NCBI RefSeq assembly: GCF_006345805.1 | Contig: NC_043005.1 | Location: forward strand, 78,802,001-78,866,000 | Direction: 5' to 3' | Source: Octopus sinensis | Lineage: Eukaryota | DNA length: 64,000 nucleotides | Part shown: one piece after another, positions 37,675 through 50,228 of the stretch | Layout: each line of letters opens with the position of its first letter | Position numbering within the stretch: the stretch's first letter is position 1 | Notes under the pieces: generated by a model | What the model was told of the DNA's origin: nothing | What the model saw: the letters and a program-made list of their open reading frames with translations, nothing else | The model's database searches: none | Made by a program: the position numbers and the translations under genes

Positions 37675-38265
37675 ATATATATATATATATATATAGTATA
37701 TATATATATTTACATACGCATTTATATATATACATACATGTATATATATATACATATATACATATATATGCCAATATCATTTAATACTAATGGAGATAGA
37801 TTCATACGGTTTCAAATAAGAAAAATGCTAGGATTTGAGAATATTTTATCACTTGGATCTATATCATCTGCCAACCCGGCCCGCAACACCCAGCTCCCCC
37901 AGCCGCCGCCCCTCCTCCCTCCATATTGTTAGCCTTAGCCGGTTTTTATATTTGCTTTCTTTTCACTAAAGCACCAGAATTTCTCTCCCTTGTCTTCTTC
38001 GTCGTTTACTTTCTCCTTCTTCCCAATTCTTTCATTGTACCTAACAAATAATGCTAACCCCTAAGGATACCACAATGACTATTTGTTAGGAAAGCAGGGT
38101 GATTAGAACTGGAGAGTAGGCCTTAAGCAATATGCCGATCATTACAGAAACTTAATGAGAAGCTGCCAGCAGGGTTTCAACGTAAAATTGGATTTTGCAC
38201 GCGCAGAAGCACAAAAGTAAATTTTTTGTGTCATTTTATATTTTGATCTCTCTAATATATATATA

Positions 38266-38310
<45 letters not shown>

Positions 38311-38321
38311 ATATATAATAA

Positions 38322-38364
<43 letters not shown>

Positions 38365-38403
38365 GTATTATATGTTATGTATATATATATATATATATTA
38401 TGC

Positions 38404-38445
<42 letters not shown>

Positions 38446-38806
38446 GCATACATATATATATATGTGTGTAGTGTGTGTATATGTATCCATATATATATAT
38501 ATGTATGTATGTATGTTGTATATGTGTAAGTGTGTGTGTGTGTGTATGTGTATTTGCAGTTGAATTTAAAACTGAAGGAAAAATATGAAGAAATGTAAGT
38601 TTAAATAATAGAAAAAAGGAAATCTCAATAATACTAATAATAGGTTTACTGGATATCACAGAGAGAGAGAGAGGGGGAGGGGAGAGAGAGAGGGACAGAG
38701 AGAAAGAGAGTGAAAAAGCGAGAGGGAGGAAAGAAGTTGTCAAAGTAAGAAAAGGAGAAAGAGAGAGAGTGCATTCATAAGTAGACATGCATTAAGAATC
38801 CATACA

Positions 38807-38847
<41 letters not shown>

Positions 38848-39053
38848 GTATATGTATATATATATATGTGTGTGTGTATGTATGTATATATATCTATATC
38901 TATATATGTATATATATATAATATATATATATATGGACATATATGCGTAATAATATATATATATACATAAAAATATAGATACTACATACATACATACAAA
39001 TATATACCTCCAAATATCAATATAATTGCATATATATATTATACACACACGCA

Positions 39054-39084
<31 letters not shown>

Positions 39085-39357
39085 GCATATATATTTATAT
39101 ATACTTATATATATGTATATATATACATACATAACATATATATATATGTATTTTTGTATGATGCTAGTCACAACACCATAACACTTTACACACTTTACAC
39201 CTGTATCATCAGGCTAGTTGCCCATACATACATACATATATATTTGCACACACACACACAAAACACACCGTCACACATCATTTTATCTCTTATATAACGT
39301 TAACTACAATGCTATCACACTTGACACCAGAGGTAGCTGTATATATACATCACTCTC

Positions 39358-39392
<35 letters not shown>

Positions 39393-39560
39393 TAGAATGT
39401 GTATCTACGTATGTGTGTATATATATGCACATATATGTATGTATATATATATATATATAATTATGATCATATATATATATTTATACATACACACACACAA
39501 ATATATGCATCCATATCAACGTACACACAATCCACACATAGACACACACGTACATGCACA
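37330..39560. repeat. Multiple (TA)n/(TG)n/(GA)n microsatellite tracts
   Basis: Read directly; interrupted by short unique stretches. Confidence 0.85.
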
Positions 39561-39941
39561 AACATAGCAGCACGACACACATACACACGAACACATAGAT
39601 TGTCTTTGCTCAGAAAAGGAAGCCAATAGACTCCAAAGTAACAAATTCAAAATAATATATTTTTCACATAGGTACAAGACTCCATATTTCTTTGGAGATG
39701 TTTTTTATTCAATTTAATCTCGCTCACTGAAGGACTGGTAGTTTCAGTACCGACCCCTAAGGGATTCCGGACAATAAGGATCCGGTTTTTCATGTCTGGT
39801 TACATGATCGGCTGCAGTCAGCTTCGAATATTGCATTCCAGTTCTTCATAATTAAGATAAAACTGAATGAAAACAGTATTTCTGTGAATGCACAAATATA
39901 TGTGTGCGTATGTGTATTCATGTATATATATATATATATGA

Positions 39942-39981
<40 letters not shown>

Positions 39982-40534
39982 GTATGAAAGGTAACTTTCG
40001 TATTGTAAAGTTTATTATATATTGCTTCGATATTTCACAGAGAAATACAAACCAGAAACAGGAAACCTAATGAAAAAGTTATTATATTAGACTCTTACCA
40101 TCCACCGTTAACGTTAGAAAAGCTGATTAAAAATATTAGCTGAAGAATCTCTTGGTTGTCATTGAATGAAGAATTCCTCGAGAATAGAATCCCGAAATAA
40201 ATTAGGGCTCTTGAAGCGAGTGGTCTCAAAGATCACATTACATATGCGCTACGTATCCTTATCCAGTCATGATAAAAGCCGCCATCATACTGTCAAGTTC
40301 ATAACATTCTTCGTCTTAGATATTAATATTCTAATATTACTAAACAACTCTAGTCCTAAATAGATAAATCGGTATTTCTCAAGATTAATATTAACCTATT
40401 AATATTTTTTTTACATCTATCACCCCATTTTGGCTACCCCATTATCATCCGACTTTTCTTCAAAGTTCCTCCCTGAATCTTTCCACCCCCCCAAGGGGAT
40501 TCTGCTGCCCACTTTGGGGACCACTGTAATAAAA

Positions 40535-40955
40535 TATTCTTTTCTACTCTAGGCACAAGGGACGAAATCTTTGGGGAGAGGGCCAGTCGATTAGATCGAA
40601 CCAGTACGCAACTGGTACTTAATTTATCGACCCCGAAAGGATGAACAGTAAAGTCGATCTCAGTGAAATTTGAACTCAGAATGTAAAGACAGACGAAATA
40701 TCTCTAAATATTTCCCCTGGCGTGCTAACGTTTTTACCTGCTCGCCGCCTTACTGAGATAAAATATTCTTTTCTAATCTAGGCACAAAGCCCGAAATTTT
40801 GGGACAGGGGGCCAGTCGATTAGATCGACCCCAGTACGCAACTGGTACTTAATTTATCGACCCCGAAAGAATGAAAAGTAAAGTTGTCCTAGATGGAATT
40901 TAAACTCAGAACGCAAAAAACAGATGAAATACCATTAAGCATTTCGCCGGCGTGC
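40535..40955 (-). mobile_element. Two tandem SINE family C copies
   Basis: TTTTCTA.TCTAGGCACAA tail at about 40540 and about 40770, preceded by the same AAAATATTC. Confidence 0.85.
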
Positions 40956-42044
40956 AAGCTTCAAAGATAAAAGCGAAAGTAGCATGCATGAGAAGGAAAA
41001 TTCCAGAAATAATAAATGAATATCAAAGAAAGTTAGGAGACATTGGAAACTGGAGCCCGTTAGTCAAATATTTAATCGCTGGTGTCTTAAATATGATGGT
41101 TGTGTGCACGTCGAAGTGTGAAGACTGCTTAATATCCCGTAACGAGTAGGAAGCCATACATAAGAAAAACCAAGTCTGTCGCTATTTGGCAATGTTACGA
41201 TATAAGTCGTGATAAAAATCAATTCGCTTTAACTAATCTTAACTCGTATGCATTGGGGAAAGGGAAGCTGACCAGTGTCCACATGGTTATGTACTCGGGA
41301 AGCAGTTTCTTCGCTAAATGTCTGTATAGAATGATATGAGAGGAGCCAAATCTGTATGTAGTTCTTCTTGGAGATGGCTTTGCGAATAACAGCAATTGTA
41401 CTATCACTGAAGTCTAACTAGATTAAAAAGAAACGAGCTGGAAGAATTTTTTCCGTTTCGTGAACTTGGGGTTATGAAGGAGATAAATAACTGATATTGG
41501 GTAGGCGCTGACTTCAAGTACCTTTTTGGTAGTACGAAAGGCGGCCTGTTTCGTGTTTCATTGAACTTGTAATGTTTAAGAGAGAGTCCGATTTTTAAGT
41601 ACCCGATCTTAAAATATAGGAGAAGGGTTGTTTTGTCTGTGGTCGAATAAATCTCTGCTGGCACATTTCTTGTGGGGCTAGTTGTCGATTTCAGTTCCTT
41701 ATTTGGTTCTGGGTTAGAAGTCAAGAAGTGTGACAGATCAAATATCGTTACATTCTATAAAGCTGAATGAGGACATTGATGCTCGCAAAACCTTTGTTTC
41801 TATACGGGCAGTATGTCACCCACATATCTAGCGAAGAAGCTGCAGATGTGACGGGTGTTTTAAGATGGAGATATGAGTTGATAGTCGATTACATTTATTG
41901 CTGTAGATAGCTGGTATTTATTTTACCTTTACCAATACAAAAAGCATGAAACTAATGCTGACAGCAGCTGGATTTGAACTCATAGCTTAAAACGATATAA
42001 CTAGACAATATCCGAAATGTTTTTAAACTGGTAGGCCGTCAGAT

Positions 42045-42355
42045 ACAACGACGAGTGTTTCAGTTGATCTGATCAATGGAACAGCATGCTCGTAGAATTA
42101 ACATGCAAGTGACTGAGCATTCCACAGACACGCGTACACTTAACATAGTTCTCAGGAAGATACAACATAACACAGAAAGAAACAAAGCTGGTCCTTTGAA
42201 ATACAGATACAACTCAGTTTTGCCAGATGAATGGTATGGAGTAACGTGAAGTGAAGTGTCTTGCTCAAGGTCACAACACACAACCATATATCGAACACAC
42301 GGCCATACAATCGTAAGCAGAATACCTCTAACCACAAAGCCACGCGCGCTCACAA
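42045..42355 (-). mobile_element. SINE, head H2 plus tail T1
   Basis: Reverse complement matches the architecture of 863-1186. Confidence 0.75.
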
Positions 42356-42875
42356 AAGTAAATAGCTTATATTTATCAAAAGATTCCTCTTAATAAAATT
42401 TACTCAGTAAAGTCTCCATGCTAGAGTTCAATATTCGTTTGTACTTTGAAAAAAATGTTGAACTAATGAAAAATAAATGAACTACACAAATACCATTTCC
42501 TAATTTGGATTTAGAATTCTTGTAAAAAAAAACCCACAAAAAACGTTGTTGAATATTTTACCAACTATTTTTATGGTTTTCTCTTTTTATTCTATTTAAT
42601 TTAATTTTTTTTGTTCGGTTCATTTGAATTTTTCAAATAATATTTTAATAATCAAAAGACCAGTGTATGTTCACGAAATATTTTAGTTATTTTTTATTTT
42701 ATCTTTCTTTAATGTATGTTAAATCTTTTGAAGTTTAAAAAACAACTGCCTTTAGCGATTATTAGAGGCATGGTACTTGAGGATACTATTGTATCAATGT
42801 ATGTCGAAGCATCTAAGCACTTCTCTGCTACTCTGTAGGCTATTGTTCACGATTAGAAGTCCTTAATTGGAAATA

Positions 42876-42968
42876 CAGTAATCCCTCAAATATCGCGGGT
42901 TTTACGTTCCAAAAAAACCCCGCGATAGGTGAAAATCCGCGATGTAGAAACAGTACTATACTGTATAC
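42876..42968. mobile_element. Terminal fragment of a TA-flanked Tigger/pogo-like MITE
   Basis: TA|CAGTAATCCCTC end; homologous (reverse complement) to 61120-61197. Confidence 0.55.
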
Positions 42969-42990
42969 TTATTATTATTATTATTATTAT

Positions 42991-44380
42991 TTTCTTCTTT
43001 CAAATTTGCTTCCATTTCTTGCCGAGTGTCTTCCCGACTCCTAGGGCAAAGAAACTCATAGTATACATTGGTAGGCCATTACACCAAACTCAATAGTTCG
43101 TTCATTTAAAAAAATTTTTTTTTTTTTAAGTTAAATTAAAATACATGAGCAGCAACAATTCTCACATCGACAATGCTCTTCTCAATACATGTGATGTACC
43201 AGTTAAGACAATCTTTTGCACTTCTTGCAGGGATGGTAAGCCAGGGATCATTCTCATATAATTTTCGGTTCCCTTCTTGATCATCCTAGTGCTCCTACGA
43301 TCACTGGTATTGTAACCGCCTTGAGATGCCACATTTTCTCAATTTCAATGAGTAGGTCTTTATATTTTCTGAGCTTGTCAAACTCTTTCGCTGAGATATT
43401 ATGATCACAGGGGATGCTCATGTCGATCAATAAGCAAACTTTATTGTTTTGGTCTTTCAACACAATATCTGGTTATTGTCCTTGATGGTTCGGTCTGTAT
43501 GTACTGGAAAGTCCCACAGAATGGTTACATTTTCTCCTTCAGTTACAGCCTCAGGGTGGTGATTATACCACTTGTCGGCAGTTTTGATATTGTAATGCCG
43601 ACTTATTAGCAGTGGAAGATTGGCCAACTCTGTCATGTCTTAATTTATACTCCACTGGTGCTAAGACTTTACATCCAGAGATTAGGTGGTCCACTGTTTC
43701 AATCATGTCGTTGCAGAATCGGCATTTTGGGTCTGCTCCAATTTTTCATCACATTGGCCTGGTAGTTCCGGGTTAATAGGCTTTGATCTTGAGCAGCCAG
43801 GATGAAACCTTCGCTCTCTGCTTTTAGCCCTGAGCTCCGTAGCCACTGATGGGTTTGCTTCTGGTCAACATCAGCTTGTTTGCTGCGGGTCACATATTTG
43901 CCGTGCAGAGGTTTCTCCTCCCACCTATCAACCAATTGCTCGTGCGCTTTTTTCGTTGCCATCATTGTCACCTTCTTTGCAACAATAGTTGCCGCACTTC
44001 CCTCGGGTTGTTCAGTTTGGGTATCCTGCACGAGATCAATAGCAGATTTTTTGCTTTCCTTTATGATAGAATGAAGCTTCTTTCGCCTCTCGTGATTTTC
44101 CACGAGCTTTAGCATCCAGTCATTCGATATTTCGAGATATTTGGCCAGTCCAATGGTGGTTGTTTTGTAAGCTAGTTCAAATTGGATCAGGCCTCGACCT
44201 CCTTGGGCTCTGGGAAGGTAAAGGCGATCTACGTCTGCCTTTGGGTGGTGCATCCTAGCTAACACCTTGTTACGTGCATTTAGTTCAGATTTCAGGACTG
44301 CACGAACTCTCCTATAACATTCCTTCCTGATCTTCTCTTTCATGCTTGCATGCTGAATACCAGAGCCTTCATTTATCCCT
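42991..44380 (-). mobile_element. R4/Dong-like RLE non-LTR retrotransposon, 5'-truncated, flanked by (TAA)n on both sides
   Basis: KEKIRKECYRR, HPKADVDRLYLPRAQGGRGL, EGFILAAQDQSL, CRFC-x6-H-x4-C, RHD, PDIV...IDMSIP, IVGALG; stop at 43162-43164; (ATT)n at 42970-42990 and 44381-44403. Confidence 0.9.
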
Positions 44381-44419
44381 TATTATTATTATTATTATTA
44401 TTATTGTTGTTGTTGTTGT

Positions 44420-44598
44420 GGTTAAGGCAGCGAACTCACGGGCGTAAGATACCTGTTTCGATTCCCAGACCAGGCATTGTGAGTGTTTATTGAGCGAAAA
44501 CACCTAAAGCTTCACGAGTCTCCTGCAGGAATCGAACTCGGAATCTTGGGGTTAATAGCCTGCGCCCTTAACCACTACGACATATGCCCACAGGCATG
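44420..44598. mobile_element. Fused SINE heads: H1 fragment (+) joined to a tRNA-like head (-)
   Basis: TTTCGATTCCCAGACC...AAAACACCTAAAGC, then reverse complement of GGGCATATGTCGTAGTGGTTAAGGGCGC...CGAGTTCGATTCCTG. Confidence 0.65.
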
Positions 44599-44609
44599 AT
44601 TTTACGATT

Positions 44610-45040
44610 CAGTTCGACCATGAGATAGAGAATAGGAAGCCAAACATAGTTTTAACTGAGAAAGAAAACAAACTATGATGGATCATAGATATAGCATGCT
44701 CAGCTGATAACAAGGTATGCGATAAGGAAGAAAGAACAGTTGATAGATATGAGAGGTTAGCAGTTGTGGTCGATAAAAAAGGTAGCAGTAGTGCCAATAA
44801 TTATCGGAGCCCTGGGAAAGTTAGCAAAAATCTCGAGAAGTACGTGGAAAAAATACGGGATGCAATAAGGGTGGAGCGCTTGCAGAAAAAAGCACTGCTT
44901 GGAACCGCTCGAATACTCCGGAAGGTGCTCGTAAACTAAGAGGTGTTACCTTAGTTCACTGGTAGTAAACAGCTGACACTGTAGTACATCTCCAGCGTTA
45001 GACGCTGTGCAGAAGCAATGATAATAATGATAATAATAAC
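44610..45040 (+). mobile_element. 3' end of a third RLE (R4-like) LINE family
   Basis: EIENRKPNIVL, WIIDIAC, VAVVPIIIGALG, LQKKALLGTARILRKVL*; (ATA)n tail. Confidence 0.8.
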
Positions 45041-45152
45041 AGCAGCAGCAACAACAACAACAACAACAACAACAATAATAATAATAATGATGATAATGAT
45101 AAAATCGGAAAATACCTTAGAAACGAGAACCCAGGTTCGAAATTTCCCCAAC

Positions 45153-45196
45153 ACACTTAATGGACGCTGGAGGATATATCAGCCGAAACATTGTGT
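45153..45196 (+). ncRNA. Decayed hammerhead relic
   Basis: acac UUAAUGG a cgcug gaggauauau cagcc GAAA ca UU gugu; helices I and II intact, CUGAUGA core carries 3 substitutions. Confidence 0.4.
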
Positions 45197-45426
45197 TAAC
45201 AACAAACAAGATGAGGACAAATATCCGTCAAATATAAATAATATAAGCAATGTACATAATTCCTCATCTCTTAAATATAGAACTGTATTATCCGGTGAAT
45301 AACTTTCTTTAGGCGATGTGTGCCACTCAGTCCCCTTATATGAATGAATCGCAGATTTTGAAGTTATAAATATGTATGTATGTATGCATTGCTACGTACG
45401 TTTTCAGAAAGCAAATATATATATAT

Positions 45427-45505
<79 letters not shown>

Positions 45506-45506
<1 letters not shown>

Positions 45507-45920
45507 GGTTATCAGTAATAATAAAAGGTGAAATTAATTAATTAGGGATAATTATCAATCACACCAAGTAGATTTCAGCATGTAAAAGCCCCATTCGAGG
45601 AAAATTTAAGTAATACTAAGTAATTAAGGGTTTAGCAACGAATTCCTCACCAACACACCGAATTTAGAAATAGCAGTCAAAGAGATATAGCTATTCCTTC
45701 TACTAAAAGAAGATCCCCCTTTTAGTGAAGGAATAGCTATATCTCTTTGACTGCTATTTCTAAATTCGGTGTGTTGGTGAGGCAATTCGTTGCTAAACCC
45801 TTAATTACTTAGTATTACTTAAATTTTCCTCGAATGGGGCTTTTACATGCTGAAATCTACTTGGTGTGATGATAATTATCCCTAATTAATTAATTCACCT
45901 TTTATTATTACTGATAACCA
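45506..45920. repeat. Near-perfect palindrome, about 203-bp arms, plus third direct copy at 46288-46397
   Basis: Arms 45506-45708 and 45720-45920 differ only by about 4 single-base indels; homologous to 7085-7270. Confidence 0.95.
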
Positions 45921-46107
45921 TATTTTATCCCAGTAAATGACCACAGCATTCTGTCTTGGCTACTGCGGGTGGAAGGGGCTGGTTGACACAAACTTTCATT
46001 CAAACTTTGAATTTCGTGGTACTGGTCATGCTTTAGCTCGCTCTGAGTTGAGATGATGCATTCTAGTATCTCAAAATTTAATATACAATTATTCATAATT
46101 GTAGTAT

Positions 46108-46196
46108 CTGCGCGCGATGAGAGAAGAAGTATGGGTAAAGTAGATTTTCTAATTCTTATGCTATCCTAAAATTGATCTCGAAACGTACGTCCGTAG
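46108..46196 (+). ncRNA. Type-I hammerhead homolog with long helix II, core damaged
   Basis: cugcg CGCGAUGA gaga-[about 51 nt]-ucuc GAAA cguacg UC cguag; palindromic helix III ACGUACGU; sits upstream of pLTR-like 46288-46397 as in the 7065-7446 copy. Confidence 0.65.
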
Positions 46197-46395
46197 GTAA
46201 CGTAAAATTGCATGATGGATTGCCGTCATTTCATTCTTTCTTTCTTACCTGTCTGTGTTTGCCTTTCAAGTGCTGTTTTTTTACTGAGATCCCCTTTTAG
46301 TAGAAGGAATAGCTATATCTCTTTGACTGCTATTTCTAAATTCGGTGTGTTGGTGAGGCAATTCGTTGCTAAACCCTTAATTACTTAGTATTACT

Positions 46396-46431
<36 letters not shown>

Positions 46432-46454
46432 AATCAAATATAGAAAGATGGAAA

Positions 46455-46695
46455 GGCCCTCCCCAGTCATTGGCTCCTAAGACCGGTTTCCGGATTTGGT
46501 GGTGTATGTTTTCCCCTCCCTGAACGGACGACGTTCTCTTTCAGGATTATTCGCTTCTGCTAGCTGAGTGGATTGGGGCAACGTCAAATGAAATATTCTG
46601 TTCAAGAGCATAACGCATGACCCACACCAGGAATTGAAATCCCATTCCTATATTCATGCGTAATACACTCGAGGCAATAAACCACGTACCGCCAC
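46455..46695 (-). mobile_element. Old SINE, head H2 plus tail T4
   Basis: Reverse complement of GCTGAGTGGATTGGGGCAACG core and GAAACCGG tail. Confidence 0.55.
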
Positions 46696-46979
46696 AGTAT
46701 ATGTAAGCAGGTGTGTTAGTTTGACGTTCAGGAAGAATGGAAAAGATTTAATGCTTCGAACCTATGCTCTTCGACAGAAGGATCTGGGAGAAAAAAAGGA
46801 GAGAGAATGAAAAAAAAAACGGAAACAAAAATGTATAGGGATTAACAGTGTATGTATGTATGTATGTATGTATGTATGTATGTATGTATCTATCTATCTA
46901 TCTATCTATTTATCTATCTATATGCGTGTGTATGTAAATCTATATATTCATAGACGCATATATACATACAAACACACAT

Positions 46980-47029
<50 letters not shown>

Positions 47030-47556
47030 TTTTAATACATACTATTAAATGAAATAAAACACACACTCACACATGCAGAACAGACACACACACATACACA
47101 TGCACACACACACTGCACACAAACGTTAACCTCTCTTGTACAAGTGGAATATAACTTCATCCCTAACAAACGTGAGATATTCCTTCTTAATAATATAATT
47201 GCAAAATATTTTCGATGTACGATGAAAGAGAACCAAGATACGTTTGACAAATTCTCAGGTGTAAAATCTGAGTCGTTTCTACTTCTGTGAGGAAGGTCGA
47301 TGTTAGTAATTCTTCATTTGTTGGAATTTGATAAGTATTTCCAAAGACATCTTAAAATGTCGACGGCTTGTTAAAAACCTTGTTGAAATATTCAACTTAT
47401 CATTCTGTAGGAAAGAAGAAAGTGTGAAGGGTGCTAAATGACAGAGTAAGAGTCGTACAGAATTTAGATATACATATATGTACTTACATACAGGAGACCA
47501 AAAGTGTACGTACGCCTCTCTCTCTCTCTCTCTCTCACTCTCTCTCTCTTCTCTCT

Positions 47557-47619
<63 letters not shown>

Positions 47620-47759
47620 AAATCAAAAAATGGAACAAGAACGTAACAGACGACAACAAAACATTCGGACGAAACAACAGGTGATACAAAAAAATACAGG
47701 AAAGAACGAGAAGAGGATATTCAATTATTATTTCAATAAATAGACCTCAATGATTAGAC

Positions 47760-47935
47760 TTCCCAGTTCAATAATTAGACTTCGCGTATGGATTGTTGTA
47801 CGTTGTGGTCCATAAATACTCCTCAGACTATGAGAATAAGATCTCATATCGTTTATGTTCAAAGTTTCTTGCAAATCAACTTTTTCATGCCACCAGTTTT
47901 TCTTCCATTTCACAAAGCTTATATTTAGCTTTCAT
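47760..47935 (-). pseudogene. RTE-clade LINE fragment (between APE and RT)
   Basis: KNWWHEKVDLQETLNINDMRSYSHSLRSIYGPQ resembles the RTE motif WW..K...Q...D..D.R.FY..LK..YGP. Confidence 0.6.
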
Positions 47936-48054
47936 CTAAATTCGTAGTTCTTAATTGGGGTCCATATGATACTTGGCGGTCCATGAATGTTGTTGCTAAA
48001 ATTCATGCAGAGGCATAGGTGAAGCCGTGCGGTAAGTAACTTGCTTACCGCAAA

Positions 48055-48460
48055 CTGGCAGAAACGTTAGCACGCCGGGCGAAATGCTTAGCGGTATTTC
48101 GTCTGTGTTACGTTGTGAGTTCAAATTCCGCCGAGGTCGACTTTGCCTTTCATCCTTTCGAGGTCGATAAATTAAGTACCAGTTACGCACTGGGGTCGAT
48201 TTAATCGAATTAATACCTATGTCTGTCCTTGTTTGTCCCCTCTGTGTTTAGCCCCTTGTGGGTAATAAAGAAATAGGTATTTCGTCTGCCATTACGTTCT
48301 GAGTTCAAATTCTGCCGAGGTCGATTTTTGCCTTTCATCCTTTCGGGGTCGATAAAATAAGTACCACTTACGCGCTAGGATCGATGTAATCGACTTACTC
48401 CCTTTGTCTGTCCTAGTTTGTCCCCTCTATGTTTCGCCCCTTGTGGGCAATAAAGAATTA
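48055..48460 (+). mobile_element. SINE family C, partially dimeric form
   Basis: Junction AAAGAAATAGGTATTTCGTC at 48267-48286. Confidence 0.9.
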
Positions 48461-48660
48461 AGAAGCTTCACTCCCAAACAATATGGTTCCAGATTAAATT
48501 CTACTGCGCGGAACCATGGGCAAGTGGCTTCTAGTATAGCGTGGGTCAATCAAAGCCTTGTGAGCTGATTTTTTTTACGGAAACTGAAATAAGCCCAATG
48601 CATATATATATATATATATATGTGGTGTGTGTGTGTGCGTGTGTGTATGTGTGTGTGTGA

Positions 48661-48706
<46 letters not shown>

Positions 48707-48735
48707 TTTATTTAAAGCAGCAGAAAATTCAACAA

Positions 48736-48779
48736 AATCTGTTACTCTGAGTTTCTCGTTGCCGTTCATCAGACAGTTT
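48736..48779 (-). ncRNA. Minimal type-I hammerhead ribozyme, core intact
   Basis: aaacugu CUGAUGA a cg gcaa cg a GAAA cucagag UA acagauuu; GNRA-capped short helix II; quasi-palindromic helix III ACUC-A-GAGU; predicted cleavage at GUA. Confidence 0.7.
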
Positions 48780-48794
48780 TTGTGTGTTTACTCC

Positions 48795-48837
<43 letters not shown>

Positions 48838-49469
48838 GAAAAAATGGAACAAGAACGTAACAGGCGATAACAAAACATTCGGACAGTAGGTGATACAAAA
48901 AATGACAGGAAAAAAACAAGGACGAGACATTCGGAGCTTTCAATCTTCAGTCGAGAAGCTGATCATCTTTGCAGTTTCGGCCGGTCAATCTTGAAACTGC
49001 TCTAATCTGGCCGGCCCCAAGGAGATCTCAGCTAGGAGCACTAGATTCCTTGGAAGAAAGCAAGCGAATGTATACGAAAACAAGGACGAAAAGAAACATA
49101 CAAACAACAGGACATTAACAACAGATGTCTATCGACTATGAACGAATTAAATTGAGCTGGCGTGTGTGGATGTAAAGCCTTACGGCAGGAACATAAGAGG
49201 TGAAAGTCATGGGAAGAAGTACGAGAGATGCTGCACGGATGGTAGCCGAACCAAGAAAGAAAGGTCAGGCTTGGCCAAACACTGGTCAGGTGTAGGGAGA
49301 GGAGAGAGGTAGTGGATGAGTATCTCACATACTGAAGAATTAGAAGAATTAGGAAGCGACAAGAAAGAGAGAAAAAGAAAGAAAGGGACAGACTGAAGTA
49401 CAGAAGGAGGGTCAGTGATGAGAATGAAGGGAGTGCCAAGAAATGGGATACGTATGTATGTAAATATAT

Positions 49470-49523
<54 letters not shown>

Positions 49524-49524
49524 A

Positions 49525-49751
49525 GCGCAAGAGTGGCTATGTAGTAAGAAGTTTGCTTCCCAACCACATGGTTCCGGATTCAGCCCCACTGCACCTTGGG
49601 CAAGTGCCCTCTACTATAGCCTCGGGCCGATCAAAGCCTTGTCAGTGGATTTGGTAGACAGAAACTGAAAGAAACCCATAATTTATATATGTGTATGTAT
49701 ATATATCACAGACACACAAACATACACACACATACATATACACATGCATAC

Positions 49752-49806
<55 letters not shown>

Positions 49807-49985
49807 ATATATGTGTGTGGTGTGTGTGTGTGTGTGTGTTATACATATATATCTTCTTTCAGTTTCCGTCTACCAATTCCACTCACAACGCTTTGGTCGG
49901 CCCAAGGCTATAGAAGAAGACACTTGCCCAGTGCCACGCTGTGGAACTGAACCCGAAACCATGTGGTTCGTAAGCAAGCTGCTTT
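49525..49985. mobile_element. Two inverted SINE family B 5' halves (49525-49680 +, 49850-49985 -) around a microsatellite
   Basis: GTGGATTTGGTAGACAGAAACTGAAAGAA versus TTCTTTCAGTTTCCGTCTACCAATTCCAC. Confidence 0.8.
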
Positions 49986-50228
49986 ATTTAATTAAATTTG
50001 TCATAAAGACAGTACATAGATTAGGTAGCTTTGTGAGCTGGACAAGACATTAATGAAATGAATGATAATCATAGAAGGAAAATAAGGATGGGAGAAGACA
50101 GGAAGATCCCGCAGACCCTCTGCTTCTCTATAACATTTACTAGTGTAAGCTTTCAAGAAACATATCGAACTATATCAAACATTAAAGAAAGAGATTTACC
50201 TGTTTACCACAATAAATACATCTATAGC

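Noticed and set aside
40440-40527. hAT-like MITE end (CAGTGGTCCCCAAAG on minus; similar ends near 47950 and 50970)
   Set aside because: Only one terminus found per site and no 8-bp TSD, so boundaries cannot be supported
41190-41730. 106-aa minus-strand ORF as a gene or LINE
   Set aside because: No recognisable motif in any frame
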